From positions 51,712 to 115,711 of the forward strand of contig JAIQFX010000007.1 of NCBI GenBank assembly GCA_020073005.1: 64,000 nt of DNA. Direction: 5' to 3'. Below the pieces are notes generated by a model, which was not told the origin of the DNA, did not search any database, and worked only from the letters and a program-made list of their open reading frames with translations. Position numbers and translations under genes: made by a program. Source of the DNA: Terriglobia bacterium (GTDB lineage: Bacteria > Acidobacteriota > Vicinamibacteria > Vicinamibacterales > CAVVIG01). Below are positions 17,258 to 26,057 of the stretch, in pieces; within the stretch, counting starts at the first letter, position 1; each line of letters begins with the position of its first letter.

Positions 17258-18957
17258 TCGACGAGTGGCGCGACCGCCGGACGGGCCTGCTCACCCGTCA
17301 CTTCTTTCACGCGTTGTTCGACTTCGGCGTCTTCACGCAGGAAGGCGCCGACGCGTTCGTCCGCGTCATGCTCGGTCTGTTCAGTCTCCTCGTCTGCCTC
17401 GGGCTGCTGCTCATCCGCATGTACGCGAGGAAGTACGCCCTCCTGTTCCACGCGATCAGCGCCGAGCCGTACCTGCAGGCGGTGCTGGCGGACACGACGC
17501 TCGCGATCGCGTTCCCGATGTGGATCGTCGCGCTGGTGACCGTCCTCGTCAGCCAGTCGCTGTTTCCGGACGAAACCGATTTTCGCGTGCTGATGCCGCT
17601 GCCGATCGGCCGCGGTCTCGTCTTCGGCGCGAAACTGCTGGCGCTGGCGCTCTTCGCCGGCGTGTTCACGGTGACGAGTCACGTCGCGCTCACGCCGCTC
17701 GTCATGCTGATCTCGGGCGGGCCGTGGTCGACGGCCGCGCGGCCACTCGGCATCCTCGTGTACTGGATCGTCAGCGTTCCCGCCTCCGCGTTCGCGCTGC
17801 TCGCCGTCGTCGCGATGAACGGCGCGATCACCGTCTGCCTGCCGGGGCGCCACGTGCACGCGGCCACAGCCGCCATGCGGAGCGCGATGCTCGGCGCGCT
17901 CATGCTGGCGCTGTCATTCGTCATGGCGCTGCCGACGCAGAGCGTCCGCCTCGCGCAGCACTCGCGCCTGATGTTCCTCGCGCCGCCGGCGTGGTTCATG
18001 GGCGTCGCGCGGATTCTCCTGGGCTACGACGACCCGTACTTCTTCGCGCTGGCGCGCGCGGCCGCCGTCGCCTTCGTCTCCGTCGCCGCCATCGCACTCG
18101 GCAGCTACGTGATCCTCTACCGCCGCTTCGACCGCGTGATGCTGCACGCGCTCGAGGGATCGAGGCGGGACTCGGGACGCCGGCGTCACGTGACGAACCG
18201 TGCGCGTGCGGCCGTCCGCGATTTCACCGCCGCCACGCTGCGCCGCAGCGCGCTGCACCAGGGCGTCCTCGTCGGGCTGTCGGCGTGCGGCGTGGCGCTC
18301 GCGGTCAACAGTCTGCTCAGCAACGGCGTGTGCACGTGGCGTCTCGGGGATGGCGCGCCGCCGTCGGGAATCCTGAGCACCGTCGCGTGGATCCCCCTCC
18401 CGCTCATCATCGTGCTGGGCCTCGCGGCGAGGTCATCGCTCGCGCTGCCGATCGAGCCGAAAGCGAACTGGGTGTTCCGGATGACGGAGCGCGATGACAC
18501 GCGCGCCGACCAGCTGCACACGGCCGAGCGGATGCTGACGCTGTTCGCGGCGCTGATTCCGGTCGCGCTGACGCTGCCGATTCAGTGGACGGTCGCCGGC
18601 CCGCGCGCGCTGCTCGCCTCCGCGATGACCGGCGTCTTCGGCCTGCTCTGCGTCGAGACGCTGTTGCGCGACTGGCGGCGGATTCCGTTCACGTGTTCCT
18701 ACATGCCGGGCAAGCACTCGGTCCAGCAGTCCACGCTCGCCGCCGTGTTCCTGTACCTGGTTCCCGGCGCGATCGGCGGCGCGCTGGAAATGGGCGCGCT
18801 ACGCCAGCCCTCGCCGGCGCCCGGCGTCGTGATCGTGGCCGTCCTGTCGGCCGTCGCCTTTGCGTTGCGACGCTGGCGACGCGCGAAATGGCGTGACTTC
18901 CCGCTCGTCTTCGACGATGAGCTGCCGGCTGACGTGCAGGTCTTCCGGCTTTCGTAG
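17254..18957 (+). CDS. Putative ABC transporter permease (polytopic membrane protein)
   Basis: 567 aa from ATG 17254 (ATGA overlap with the ATPase stop). At least 10 hydrophobic helices. The upstream Arg-rich ORF extension is rejected. Confidence 0.7.
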   Translation: MIDEWRDRRTGLLTRHFFHALFDFGVFTQEGADAFVRVMLGLFSLLVCLGLLLIRMYARKYALLFHAISAEPYLQAVLADTTLAIAFPMWIVALVTVLVSQSLFPDETDFRVLMPLPIGRGLVFGAKLLALALFAGVFTVTSHVALTPLVMLISGGPWSTAARPLGILVYWIVSVPASAFALLAVVAMNGAITVCLPGRHVHAATAAMRSAMLGALMLALSFVMALPTQSVRLAQHSRLMFLAPPAWFMGVARILLGYDDPYFFALARAAAVAFVSVAAIALGSYVILYRRFDRVMLHALEGSRRDSGRRRHVTNRARAAVRDFTAATLRRSALHQGVLVGLSACGVALAVNSLLSNGVCTWRLGDGAPPSGILSTVAWIPLPLIIVLGLAARSSLALPIEPKANWVFRMTERDDTRADQLHTAERMLTLFAALIPVALTLPIQWTVAGPRALLASAMTGVFGLLCVETLLRDWRRIPFTCSYMPGKHSVQQSTLAAVFLYLVPGAIGGALEMGALRQPSPAPGVVIVAVLSAVAFALRRWRRAKWRDFPLVFDDELPADVQVFRLS

Positions 18958-18958
18958 C

Positions 18959-18976
18959 GTCCGGTTTCAGCCGGAC
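18959..18976. repeat. REP-like hairpin GTCCGG-TTTCAG-CCGGAC (copy 2, inverted variant)
   Basis: Lies 2 nt after the TAG of the permease, between two convergent genes. Its reverse complement is GTCCGGCTGAAACCGGAC, one base from copies 1 and 3. Confidence 0.7.
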
Positions 18977-19653
18977 TATGACGAATGCTCGTCCGCCCAC
19001 ACGAACGGCGTCTTCCTGTTGGATTGCAGCATGTCCCCCGGGGGCGCGCCGTCGATGTCGACGAAGCCGCTCAGGCTCCGGTGAATCGTCGGTTCGGCGC
19101 TGTGGATTCTGCCCTGCGGATCGAGCACCAGGCGCGCGACCGGATGATGTACGAGGAACAGGTTGCCGCCGGAGTTCATGGTGGCGACGCGAATGCCCAC
19201 GAAGGCGGCGCCGTACGACGACTGAACGGCCTGCTCGGCATCCTGCGCATCGAGTTTGGCCGACAACGTCACAAGTTCGACCCCGCCCGCTCTGACGACC
19301 GTCGGTGTCTTCGGCACCGTCACGGGAATGTCGGGATGCACTCTGTCGGTCAGGGGAATCCACTCCGGGTCTTTCTTGTCGCGCCGCCCCCACAGAGCGG
19401 GCTCCACGCGCAGGAGCGCGGCGTCGCGATTGCCGCCGTTGGCAAACGCCACGGTCATGTACAACTCGCCCTGATTCGTGACGTACGAGACTTCCGTGAC
19501 GGTGATATCGAGCTGCTGCTTCTCGTAGATGTAGCTGCGGTAGAAGTTGAGCCCGGACAGGCCCAGCGCGCAGAGGGCGACGATCGTCGTCACCTCGAGC
19601 CCCGCCCGCAAACCCCGGCTCAGCCCAGGTCCCTTGTCGCGTTCGTCAGCCAT
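18976..19653 (-). CDS. Hypothetical N-terminally anchored protein
   Basis: 225 aa from ATG 19653 (GAGGAG just upstream). One TM helix (VTTIVALCALGLSGLNFY), then a soluble beta-rich domain; no motif recognised. Confidence 0.6.
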   Translation of the reverse strand: MADERDKGPGLSRGLRAGLEVTTIVALCALGLSGLNFYRSYIYEKQQLDITVTEVSYVTNQGELYMTVAFANGGNRDAALLRVEPALWGRRDKKDPEWIPLTDRVHPDIPVTVPKTPTVVRAGGVELVTLSAKLDAQDAEQAVQSSYGAAFVGIRVATMNSGGNLFLVHHPVARLVLDPQGRIHSAEPTIHRSLSGFVDIDGAPPGDMLQSNRKTPFVWADEHSS

Positions 19654-19704
19654 CGGCTCCTCAGGCCCGAGTCTAGCATCCACGCCGAGGGCGAGCGATC
19701 GGGG

Positions 19705-20160
19705 CTACGACGCGGGCGCGACTTCCCGCTCCTTGATCGTGACGTTGACCGGGATGCCCTGCCGCACGCTTTGCGTGACGATGCAGAAATCCTCGAAGAG
19801 GTGCTCGCAGCGGTCGAACTTCGCCTGGTCGGCGGCATCGAACTCGGGCGCGAGCTCGACGTCGATTCCGCTGATCCGGAACTTCCCCTGCTCGTTCTTC
19901 GCGACGTGCGTGGTGACGTGCGCCGTGACGCCGTCGACGTCGACGCGCGACTTGCGGAGACAGAACGTCAGGCTCGCCGCCAGGCAGTTGCCGACCGCGG
20001 CGCCGAGCATCGCCGCGGCGTTCGGCGCGCGGCCGTCGCCGAGCGGCGCGGGTTCGTCGAACAGAATCGCGGCCGCTTCGGGCACGTCGGGAAACTCGGC
20101 GACGAACTCGTACTTGCGGGCCAGGCTGACGGTCACGTGATGCGCGCGCTCTTCCGACAT
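19705..20160 (-). CDS. OsmC/Ohr family peroxiredoxin-like protein
   Basis: 151 aa from ATG 20160 (GGAGG upstream). Two conserved Cys (GNCLAASL, FEDFCIVTQSV) in OsmC-fold spacing. Confidence 0.8.
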   Translation of the reverse strand: MSEERAHHVTVSLARKYEFVAEFPDVPEAAAILFDEPAPLGDGRAPNAAAMLGAAVGNCLAASLTFCLRKSRVDVDGVTAHVTTHVAKNEQGKFRISGIDVELAPEFDAADQAKFDRCEHLFEDFCIVTQSVRQGIPVNVTIKEREVAPAS

Positions 20161-20208
20161 GGGGCCTCCGAACCAGATCGCTCGCCTGAAAGGCTCGCGC
20201 CGCAACTC

Positions 20209-21423
20209 TTATTGCAGCGACATCGGGACGATCTTCGGGTGCGACGGGCCGCCCGCGCGCTCGCGCTTCGGCGCGGACTCGTCGAGATCGGGCCGATAGG
20301 TGCAGAACGGTTCCTCCGCGAGGAAGGAGCCGGTCGCGGCGAACGCGCGCGCGCGGCAGCCGCCGCAGATCGCCTCGTAGCGGCACTCGCCGCACTTGCC
20401 CTCGTATGCGTCCGGATCGCGCAGCTGCTTGAACACGGTCGAGTTGTCCCAGATGTCCTTGAAGCGCTGCACGCGCGTGTCGCCCGCCGAGACGGGCAGG
20501 TAGCCGCACGGGTACACCGCGCCCTCGTTCGAGACGAAGCAGACGCTCGTCCCCGCGAGGCAGCCGCGCGTCATCGCCGACAGATGCTGATGATGTCCCC
20601 CACCTGCCCCACCGGCCCCTCCATGTCCCATCACGACCGGCGCCGCTTTCGCGCGCGTGCCGGGGGCGATGAAGCTGGACGTCATGTCACCGCGACTCCG
20701 CTCCTCCTCGATCCGCTGCGCGCGGATCCGGTAGTAGTGCGGCGCGCACGTCGCCTTCAGATCGATCGGGCAGTCCTTCGACTGATCGTCGAACCAGCGC
20801 AGCACGCGCTCGTACTCGTCGGCCGGCAGCATCTCGGCCGGCGCGATCTCGAGTCCGCAGCCGACCGGCACGAGCATGAACAGATGCAGCGCGTCGGCGC
20901 CGATCTCGAGCGCGAGGTCGAGCAGTCCCGGCAGTTCGCTGACGTTGTGCTTCGCGATCGTCGAGTTGACCTGGACCGACACGCCCTCGTCCCGGAGATT
21001 GCGCAGCCCGCGCAGCGCGAGCGCGTGCGACCCGGGCAGCCCGCGGAAGCGGTCGTGCGTGTCGGGATTCGCGCCGTCGAGGCTGATCGCGACGCGCGAG
21101 AACCCGGTGTCCGCGATGTGCGCGGCCACGCGCTCGTTGACGAGCGTGCCGTTGGTCGCCAGCGCCATCCGGAAGCCCGACTCGACGCCGTACGCCCCGA
21201 TGTCGAACAGGTCCGGCCGGAACAGCGGCTCGCCGCCCGACAACACGAGCACCGGCCTGGTGACCTCGGCGATCTGGTCGATGAGATCGAACGCGCGGCT
21301 CGTTGTCAGCTCGGTCGGCCCGAGCGCTTTCTGCGGGACGGCGCGGCAGTGCTTGCAGGTCAGGTTGCACGCCTTCGTGGTCTCCCAGAAGACGAGGCGC
21401 AGCGGTGACGGCGTCTGAGTCAT
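20209..21423 (-). CDS. Radical SAM/SPASM protein of the AhbD/NirJ type
   Basis: CNLTCKHC (Cx3Cx2C) in LVFWETTKACNLTCKHCRA. Also GGEPLFRPD, HLFMLVPVGCG and C-terminal SPASM cysteines (CGECRYEAICGGCRARAF). Gly/His-rich insert GHGGAGGAGGGHHQH. ATGA overlap with the feoA stop. Confidence 0.8.
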   Translation of the reverse strand: MTQTPSPLRLVFWETTKACNLTCKHCRAVPQKALGPTELTTSRAFDLIDQIAEVTRPVLVLSGGEPLFRPDLFDIGAYGVESGFRMALATNGTLVNERVAAHIADTGFSRVAISLDGANPDTHDRFRGLPGSHALALRGLRNLRDEGVSVQVNSTIAKHNVSELPGLLDLALEIGADALHLFMLVPVGCGLEIAPAEMLPADEYERVLRWFDDQSKDCPIDLKATCAPHYYRIRAQRIEEERSRGDMTSSFIAPGTRAKAAPVVMGHGGAGGAGGGHHQHLSAMTRGCLAGTSVCFVSNEGAVYPCGYLPVSAGDTRVQRFKDIWDNSTVFKQLRDPDAYEGKCGECRYEAICGGCRARAFAATGSFLAEEPFCTYRPDLDESAPKRERAGGPSHPKIVPMSLQ

Positions 21424-21707
21424 GAAGGGTTCTCCCGCAGCCGCACGAGGACGGCGTCAGCCACGCCGCGCTCGACGGCCAGTTCCGTCTGGTCGCACAG
21501 AAACACGATGCCGGGGAATCGCTGCAGCAGCGTCACGCTCGCGCCGGGCGTCACGCCGAGCGACAGCAGCCGCTCGACGCTTGCCTCGCTCACGGGATGC
21601 GCGCCGCGCACCTGGCGCACTTCGACGATGACGCCCTGCGCGCCTTCGGCGAGCGACGACAGCGCGACGCCCGCGCTAGAACTGAACGCCAAGTGCACGG
21701 AGGACAT
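21420..21707 (-). CDS. feoA: FeoA-family protein
   Basis: 95 aa. SH3-like FeoA pattern (EGAQGVIVEV...RLLSLGVTPGASVTLLQRFPG..VFLCDQTELAVER). Overlaps the feoB 3' end by 32 nt. Confidence 0.8.
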   Translation of the reverse strand: MSSVHLAFSSSAGVALSSLAEGAQGVIVEVRQVRGAHPVSEASVERLLSLGVTPGASVTLLQRFPGIVFLCDQTELAVERGVADAVLVRLRENPS

Positions 21708-23403
21708 AGTTCAGCCCCGCTCCCGTGAAAATCGCGATCGGCGTGATGACGCCGATGATCGCCAGACCGGTTCTCAGCCCGCGCTCGCGGACCATCATCA
21801 GGAAATTCGCCACGCACGGCACGAAGAGCGTCATGACGGTGAGCGCCACGACGGCCTGCACGCCCGTGAGCTGCCCGCTGTGCGCGAGCTGGAACAGCCC
21901 GGCCGCGCCGTAATCGCGCCGCAGGAATCCCATCACGAGGATCTGCGCCGTCGCGGGCGGCAGACCGAGCAGGCCAGTGACGATCGGACGTCCGGCCGCC
22001 GACAGCCATACGAGCGCGCCCACGCGATCGAGGACGAATAGCAGCACGGTGCCGATCAGGAACAGCGGCACGGCCTCGCCGAGGTACCACCACACGCGCA
22101 GCCGCGTCTTCGTCAGCAGATTGCCGACGCGCGGCCACCGGATCGGCGGCAGCTCGAGGATGAATTCCGATCGCTCGCCCTTCAGCACGCGCGCCGCGAG
22201 CCAGCCCACGAGAATCATCTGGCCGATGACGACGCCGAAGAGCGTCGCCAGCGCGGCGAACGAAATGCCGCCGAGGATGCCGAGAATCGTCGCCAGCTGC
22301 GCCGAGCACGGGATGCCGAGCGCCAGCAGCAGGATCGCGATCAGGCGCTCCTTCGGCGTCCCGAGAATCCTCGTCGTCATCGTCGCCATCGTGTCGCAGC
22401 CGAGGCCGAGCACCATCGGGAGGACGGCCTTGCCGTTCAGCCCCATCGTGCGGAAGATGCGGTCGCAGAAGATCGCGAGGCGCGGAATGTAGCCGCTGTC
22501 CTCGAGGAAGCCGAACATCAGGAAGAATGTCGCGACGACCGGCAACACGATCGCGATCGAATACGTCACGCCCATCGTGATGAGCCCGTACTCGCCGACG
22601 AAGAAATCGCGCACGAGCGGAAACGGCACGAAGCTGAAGAGCCATGTCGAGGCGGGGTTGACGCCGCGGCCGAACACGCCGTCCTCGAGCAGCTTGACCA
22701 GCGTCTGCGCGCCGAAGACGCCGACGAACAGATACAGCGCGTAGAGGACGACGGCGAGAATCGGCAGGCCCGTCAGCGGCCGGCGCGTCGCCCACGCGAG
22801 CGCTTCCTGGACGCGGGCGAGCGACAGCGTGCTGACGTGGCGGACGCGCGTCGTCAGCGCGTGCGCCCACTCGGCGCGCGCGGCGGCGCTGGCGTGCGCC
22901 GCCGGCGGCAGCTGCGGCACGGCGGCCCGGACGAGCGCGTCGCGCAGCTCGGCCAGTCCGCGTCCTTCGACGGCGACCATCTCGACGACCGGAATCCCGA
23001 GCTCGGCCTCGAGCGCGCGCGCGTCGACGACGATGCCGCGCGCGAAGGCTTCGTCCACCATGTTGAGCGCGAGAATGGTCGGCTTGCGGAACGTCGCGAT
23101 CTGTCCGGTGAGCATCAGCGCGCGACGGAGATTGCGCGCGTCGGCGATCTGCACGACGAGATCGGCCCGGTCGGTTTCCAGCACGTCGCGGGTGATGCGC
23201 TCGTCTTCGCTGACCGTGCCCTCGAGCGCGTTGACGCCCGGCGTGTCGATGACGTCGCAGACCTCGGCGCCGACGAGCGCGCGGCCCTGGGTAATCGCAA
23301 CGGTCGTCCCGGGATAGTTCGAGACGGTGACGTACCGGCCCGTCAGGCGGCCGAAGACCACGCTCTTGCCGACGTTAGGCTGGCCCACGAGCGCGATCCG
23401 CAT
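21676..23403 (-). CDS. feoB: Ferrous iron transporter FeoB
   Basis: G-domain MRIALVGQPNVGKS..YPGTTV..DTPG from ATG 23403, then a polytopic membrane domain. An alternative start at ATG 23472 would add a His-rich MSCHIAHEH leader. Confidence 0.9.
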   Translation of the reverse strand: MRIALVGQPNVGKSVVFGRLTGRYVTVSNYPGTTVAITQGRALVGAEVCDVIDTPGVNALEGTVSEDERITRDVLETDRADLVVQIADARNLRRALMLTGQIATFRKPTILALNMVDEAFARGIVVDARALEAELGIPVVEMVAVEGRGLAELRDALVRAAVPQLPPAAHASAAARAEWAHALTTRVRHVSTLSLARVQEALAWATRRPLTGLPILAVVLYALYLFVGVFGAQTLVKLLEDGVFGRGVNPASTWLFSFVPFPLVRDFFVGEYGLITMGVTYSIAIVLPVVATFFLMFGFLEDSGYIPRLAIFCDRIFRTMGLNGKAVLPMVLGLGCDTMATMTTRILGTPKERLIAILLLALGIPCSAQLATILGILGGISFAALATLFGVVIGQMILVGWLAARVLKGERSEFILELPPIRWPRVGNLLTKTRLRVWWYLGEAVPLFLIGTVLLFVLDRVGALVWLSAAGRPIVTGLLGLPPATAQILVMGFLRRDYGAAGLFQLAHSGQLTGVQAVVALTVMTLFVPCVANFLMMVRERGLRTGLAIIGVITPIAIFTGAGLNYVLRALGVQF

Positions 23404-23563
23404 CGGGCGCGACCGAAGCGTGAGGGGCCGCGACGCGGCGGCAGCGTGCTCGTGGGCGATGTGGCAGGACATGGTCAGTTGGTCGGCAGTCGGAGTCAGT
23501 AGTCCGTAGGCAAGGGGGATGCCGGGAGGAATCGGGGTGTTTTCCTGTGGATCTGTCCAGGTC

Positions 23564-23591
23564 ACTGGTGGCTGGTGGCTGGTGGCTGGGG
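23564..23591. repeat. Heptamer array (CTGGTGG)x3-CTGGGG
   Basis: Read directly. It is the reverse complement of the CAGCCAC family at 15015-15048 and lies upstream of feoB. Confidence 0.88.
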
Positions 23592-23749
23592 AAAAACGCG
23601 CACCCGATCGGAAAAACCCAGTCACCAGCCACGAGTCACCGGACAACAAAAAAGGAACCTGACGAACGGTGCGGAGGGGGTACCGCCCGCCAGGCTCCTC
23701 GACGGCCCAGGGTCCAGCCTCGACGTCGCCGAACCCCGAGCCCCGACTT

Positions 23750-23791
23750 CAGCTGAGAGCTGACAGCTGTCAGCTTTCAGCTGTCAGCCCT
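23750..23791. repeat. Heptamer array CAGCTGA-GAGCTGA-CAGCTGT-CAGCTTT-CAGCTGT-CAGCCCT
   Basis: Read directly. It ends immediately before the stop codon (tta 23792-23794) of the barrel gene and is partly self-complementary. Confidence 0.88.
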
Positions 23792-26047
23792 TTACCAGAG
23801 ATACGTGAACCTCCCCCAGAACGTGTTCGCCGAGTACGGCCGGTAGTAGTTGCCCATCGTCATCAACGCCGGCGACGCCGTCGCCGGGAGCGCCAGGCTC
23901 GGCTGCGGTCCCAGCGCGAAGTCGGCCACGTCGTACTTGTCGTACCAGTAGACCACTCCGATCGCGACGTGCTGCGTGAGGAAGTACCGCGCGTCCACCG
24001 TGCCGCGCTGCAGCTTGTTGGTGATCGGCGCGAGTTGCGTCGGCGCCACCACCAGCGTCTGATTGGGCTGCACGGCGTAGACGTAGGTCGACTCGCCGTT
24101 GCTGAGGCTGTAGCTCGTCTTCACTTCCGTCTTCGGGATGAGCTTGATCAGATCGATCGAGGCGTCGAGCGTGTGCACCGTGTCGCCGCTGTTGTCTGTC
24201 CAGTCGCGCCGCGGATCGTTGAACGTCTGCGTCGGATCCGCGAGATAGGCCAGCGTGTTGGCCGGGAGCGGATTCGACGTCCGCGAGGCCTGCAGCGCCG
24301 TGTACTTCTCGTAGCCGTAGTTCACGCCCATCGACACCTTGTCGATCGGCTCGAAGTCGGCGCCCACCGAGTAGACGTGGTTGTCGTTGTTGCGGAGACC
24401 GAACGTCGTCCCCGGATAGTCTTCCTTGCCGATGCCGGCTGACGCGTTCACGGAGAACTGCGACACCGGCTGGACGAAGATGATGCCGCGGAAGCTGTCC
24501 TTGTCGCGGTCCGCGATGTCGAACTGCCGCAGCCCGGGCTGCTCGCCGAGGTCGAGCAGGGTCTGGAGATCGAACCCCGACCCGACGCGCTTGCTGTGTT
24601 CGTAGACCCCGCGCAGCGTGAGCCAGCCCACGCCGGTGAGATCCGCCGAGACGCGGCCGGTGTCCTCGACGCTCGAGTCGATCATGCGGCCGACTTCTCC
24701 GTTCGACGGGTTGGCGAAGTCCATGCCTTCCCGGGTGTAGCCCGCGCGGAACGCGACGAACTTGAACGGCGTCACCGACGCATCCGCGTCGAACGTGCGC
24801 TTGGTGAACCCGAGGAGCTCGGCGTTCTCGTTCAGCGCGACGATGGACGTGTCGTAGTTGACGCCGTTGCCGACGTGGAACGGATTGGACCGGTTGTCGT
24901 ACTCATGCTGCCGGTACCGGGCGTTGAACCACAGGTAGTTGGTCGGCCGCGACGTGAAGTTGTAGTTCATCGACGTCACGCGCGCGGTGAGATCCGCGTT
25001 CGTCCGGTCGAGCGTCGGCGACACGAGCGCCGTGTTGCTGGTGAACGGCAGGAGCGGCGTGTTGTTGGTGATGTTGCTGATCGAGAGATACCCGGTGGCG
25101 CGGCTGTGCGCCGGCAGGTTGATCGCGGCGAGCGCGCTGCCGGTGTTGACGTTGTTGTTGGGCGCGCCGGCCAGGCGACCGAACGCCGGGCCCGCGGTGG
25201 GCGAATCCGAGACGCGCAGCGGGTTGTCGACGCTGAGCGACGGGAGGTTGTTGCGGAAGAACGATCCGTCGTAGCCCAGCTTCGCGAGGCCGCGGTCGTT
25301 CGACCACTGCATCGACGCGCCGAACTCGGTGGTCCGCTGATCGAGCGGCGCCGCAAACTCGCTCGCGACCGCGCCGCTGATCCCGTAGCTGATGGCGTAC
25401 GGCTGCGCGCCCGTCCGGTCCGAGTTCCGGAAGAACACGCTGAAGTCGACGCTCTGCGTCGCGTTGTAGATCAGGTTGAAGGCCGCGTTGTTGCGCTTGG
25501 CCTGAAGATCGAACACCGATCCGGTGGTCACGGCGTTGACCAGCGACGTCGTCTTGTTCTGCAGCCCCGTTTGCAGGCTGTCAGGCAGCACGAGGACGCC
25601 GGGCGAGGTCGAGCTGTAGAGGGTCTGCGTGTCCTGGCTGTAGAACAACGGCACCTGGTTCCAGTCGAAGGTCGCCTTCACGTTGCCGTAGTTGTTGTAC
25701 GCCGCCGAGAAGCTCTGATCGCGGTAGCCGATGTGGTTCGCTTCGAACCTGAAGCGGTACTCGCTGGTGTCCTTCGAGAACTTCATCAGGTCGATCGTCC
25801 CGCCGTCGCGCATGTCGCGATAGCGCTGGAACCGCGCCTGATCCGAGTCGCTGCCGAAGGTCGTCGTGCGAAGCCCGAAGTCGATCTGGTTGACCAGCGG
25901 AATGTCCGGAATGCCGGTCGACACGGCCGTCTTCGGCACGTCTTTCTGTTCGTTCGGGTCGCCACCCGATGGTTCCTGCGCCCTCACTCCTGCAGCCGTC
26001 AGCAGGAGTGCGGCGGCCATGACGAGATGTCTGGTGCGCATGTTCAT
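23792..26047 (-). CDS. Outer-membrane beta-barrel, MtrB/PioB family-like (decahaem-associated porin)
   Basis: 751 aa. Signal peptide ...AAALLLTAAGVRAQE, alternating aromatic/polar beta-strand pattern throughout, C-terminal ...FWGRFTYLW. Lies 10 nt downstream of the decahaem gene. The second ATG (26041) has better GGAGG spacing. Confidence 0.8.
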   Translation of the reverse strand: MNMRTRHLVMAAALLLTAAGVRAQEPSGGDPNEQKDVPKTAVSTGIPDIPLVNQIDFGLRTTTFGSDSDQARFQRYRDMRDGGTIDLMKFSKDTSEYRFRFEANHIGYRDQSFSAAYNNYGNVKATFDWNQVPLFYSQDTQTLYSSTSPGVLVLPDSLQTGLQNKTTSLVNAVTTGSVFDLQAKRNNAAFNLIYNATQSVDFSVFFRNSDRTGAQPYAISYGISGAVASEFAAPLDQRTTEFGASMQWSNDRGLAKLGYDGSFFRNNLPSLSVDNPLRVSDSPTAGPAFGRLAGAPNNNVNTGSALAAINLPAHSRATGYLSISNITNNTPLLPFTSNTALVSPTLDRTNADLTARVTSMNYNFTSRPTNYLWFNARYRQHEYDNRSNPFHVGNGVNYDTSIVALNENAELLGFTKRTFDADASVTPFKFVAFRAGYTREGMDFANPSNGEVGRMIDSSVEDTGRVSADLTGVGWLTLRGVYEHSKRVGSGFDLQTLLDLGEQPGLRQFDIADRDKDSFRGIIFVQPVSQFSVNASAGIGKEDYPGTTFGLRNNDNHVYSVGADFEPIDKVSMGVNYGYEKYTALQASRTSNPLPANTLAYLADPTQTFNDPRRDWTDNSGDTVHTLDASIDLIKLIPKTEVKTSYSLSNGESTYVYAVQPNQTLVVAPTQLAPITNKLQRGTVDARYFLTQHVAIGVVYWYDKYDVADFALGPQPSLALPATASPALMTMGNYYRPYSANTFWGRFTYLW

Positions 26048-26057
26048 CCTCCTGCCG

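Noticed and set aside
23404-23649. Extended FeoB N-terminus reaching 23649
   Set aside because: The first ~59 residues translate the CTGGTGG heptamer array and flanking non-coding DNA (..SPATSHQPPVT..). The G-domain begins at MRIALVGQPNVGKS (23403). Only the ATG at 23472 remains a possible alternative.
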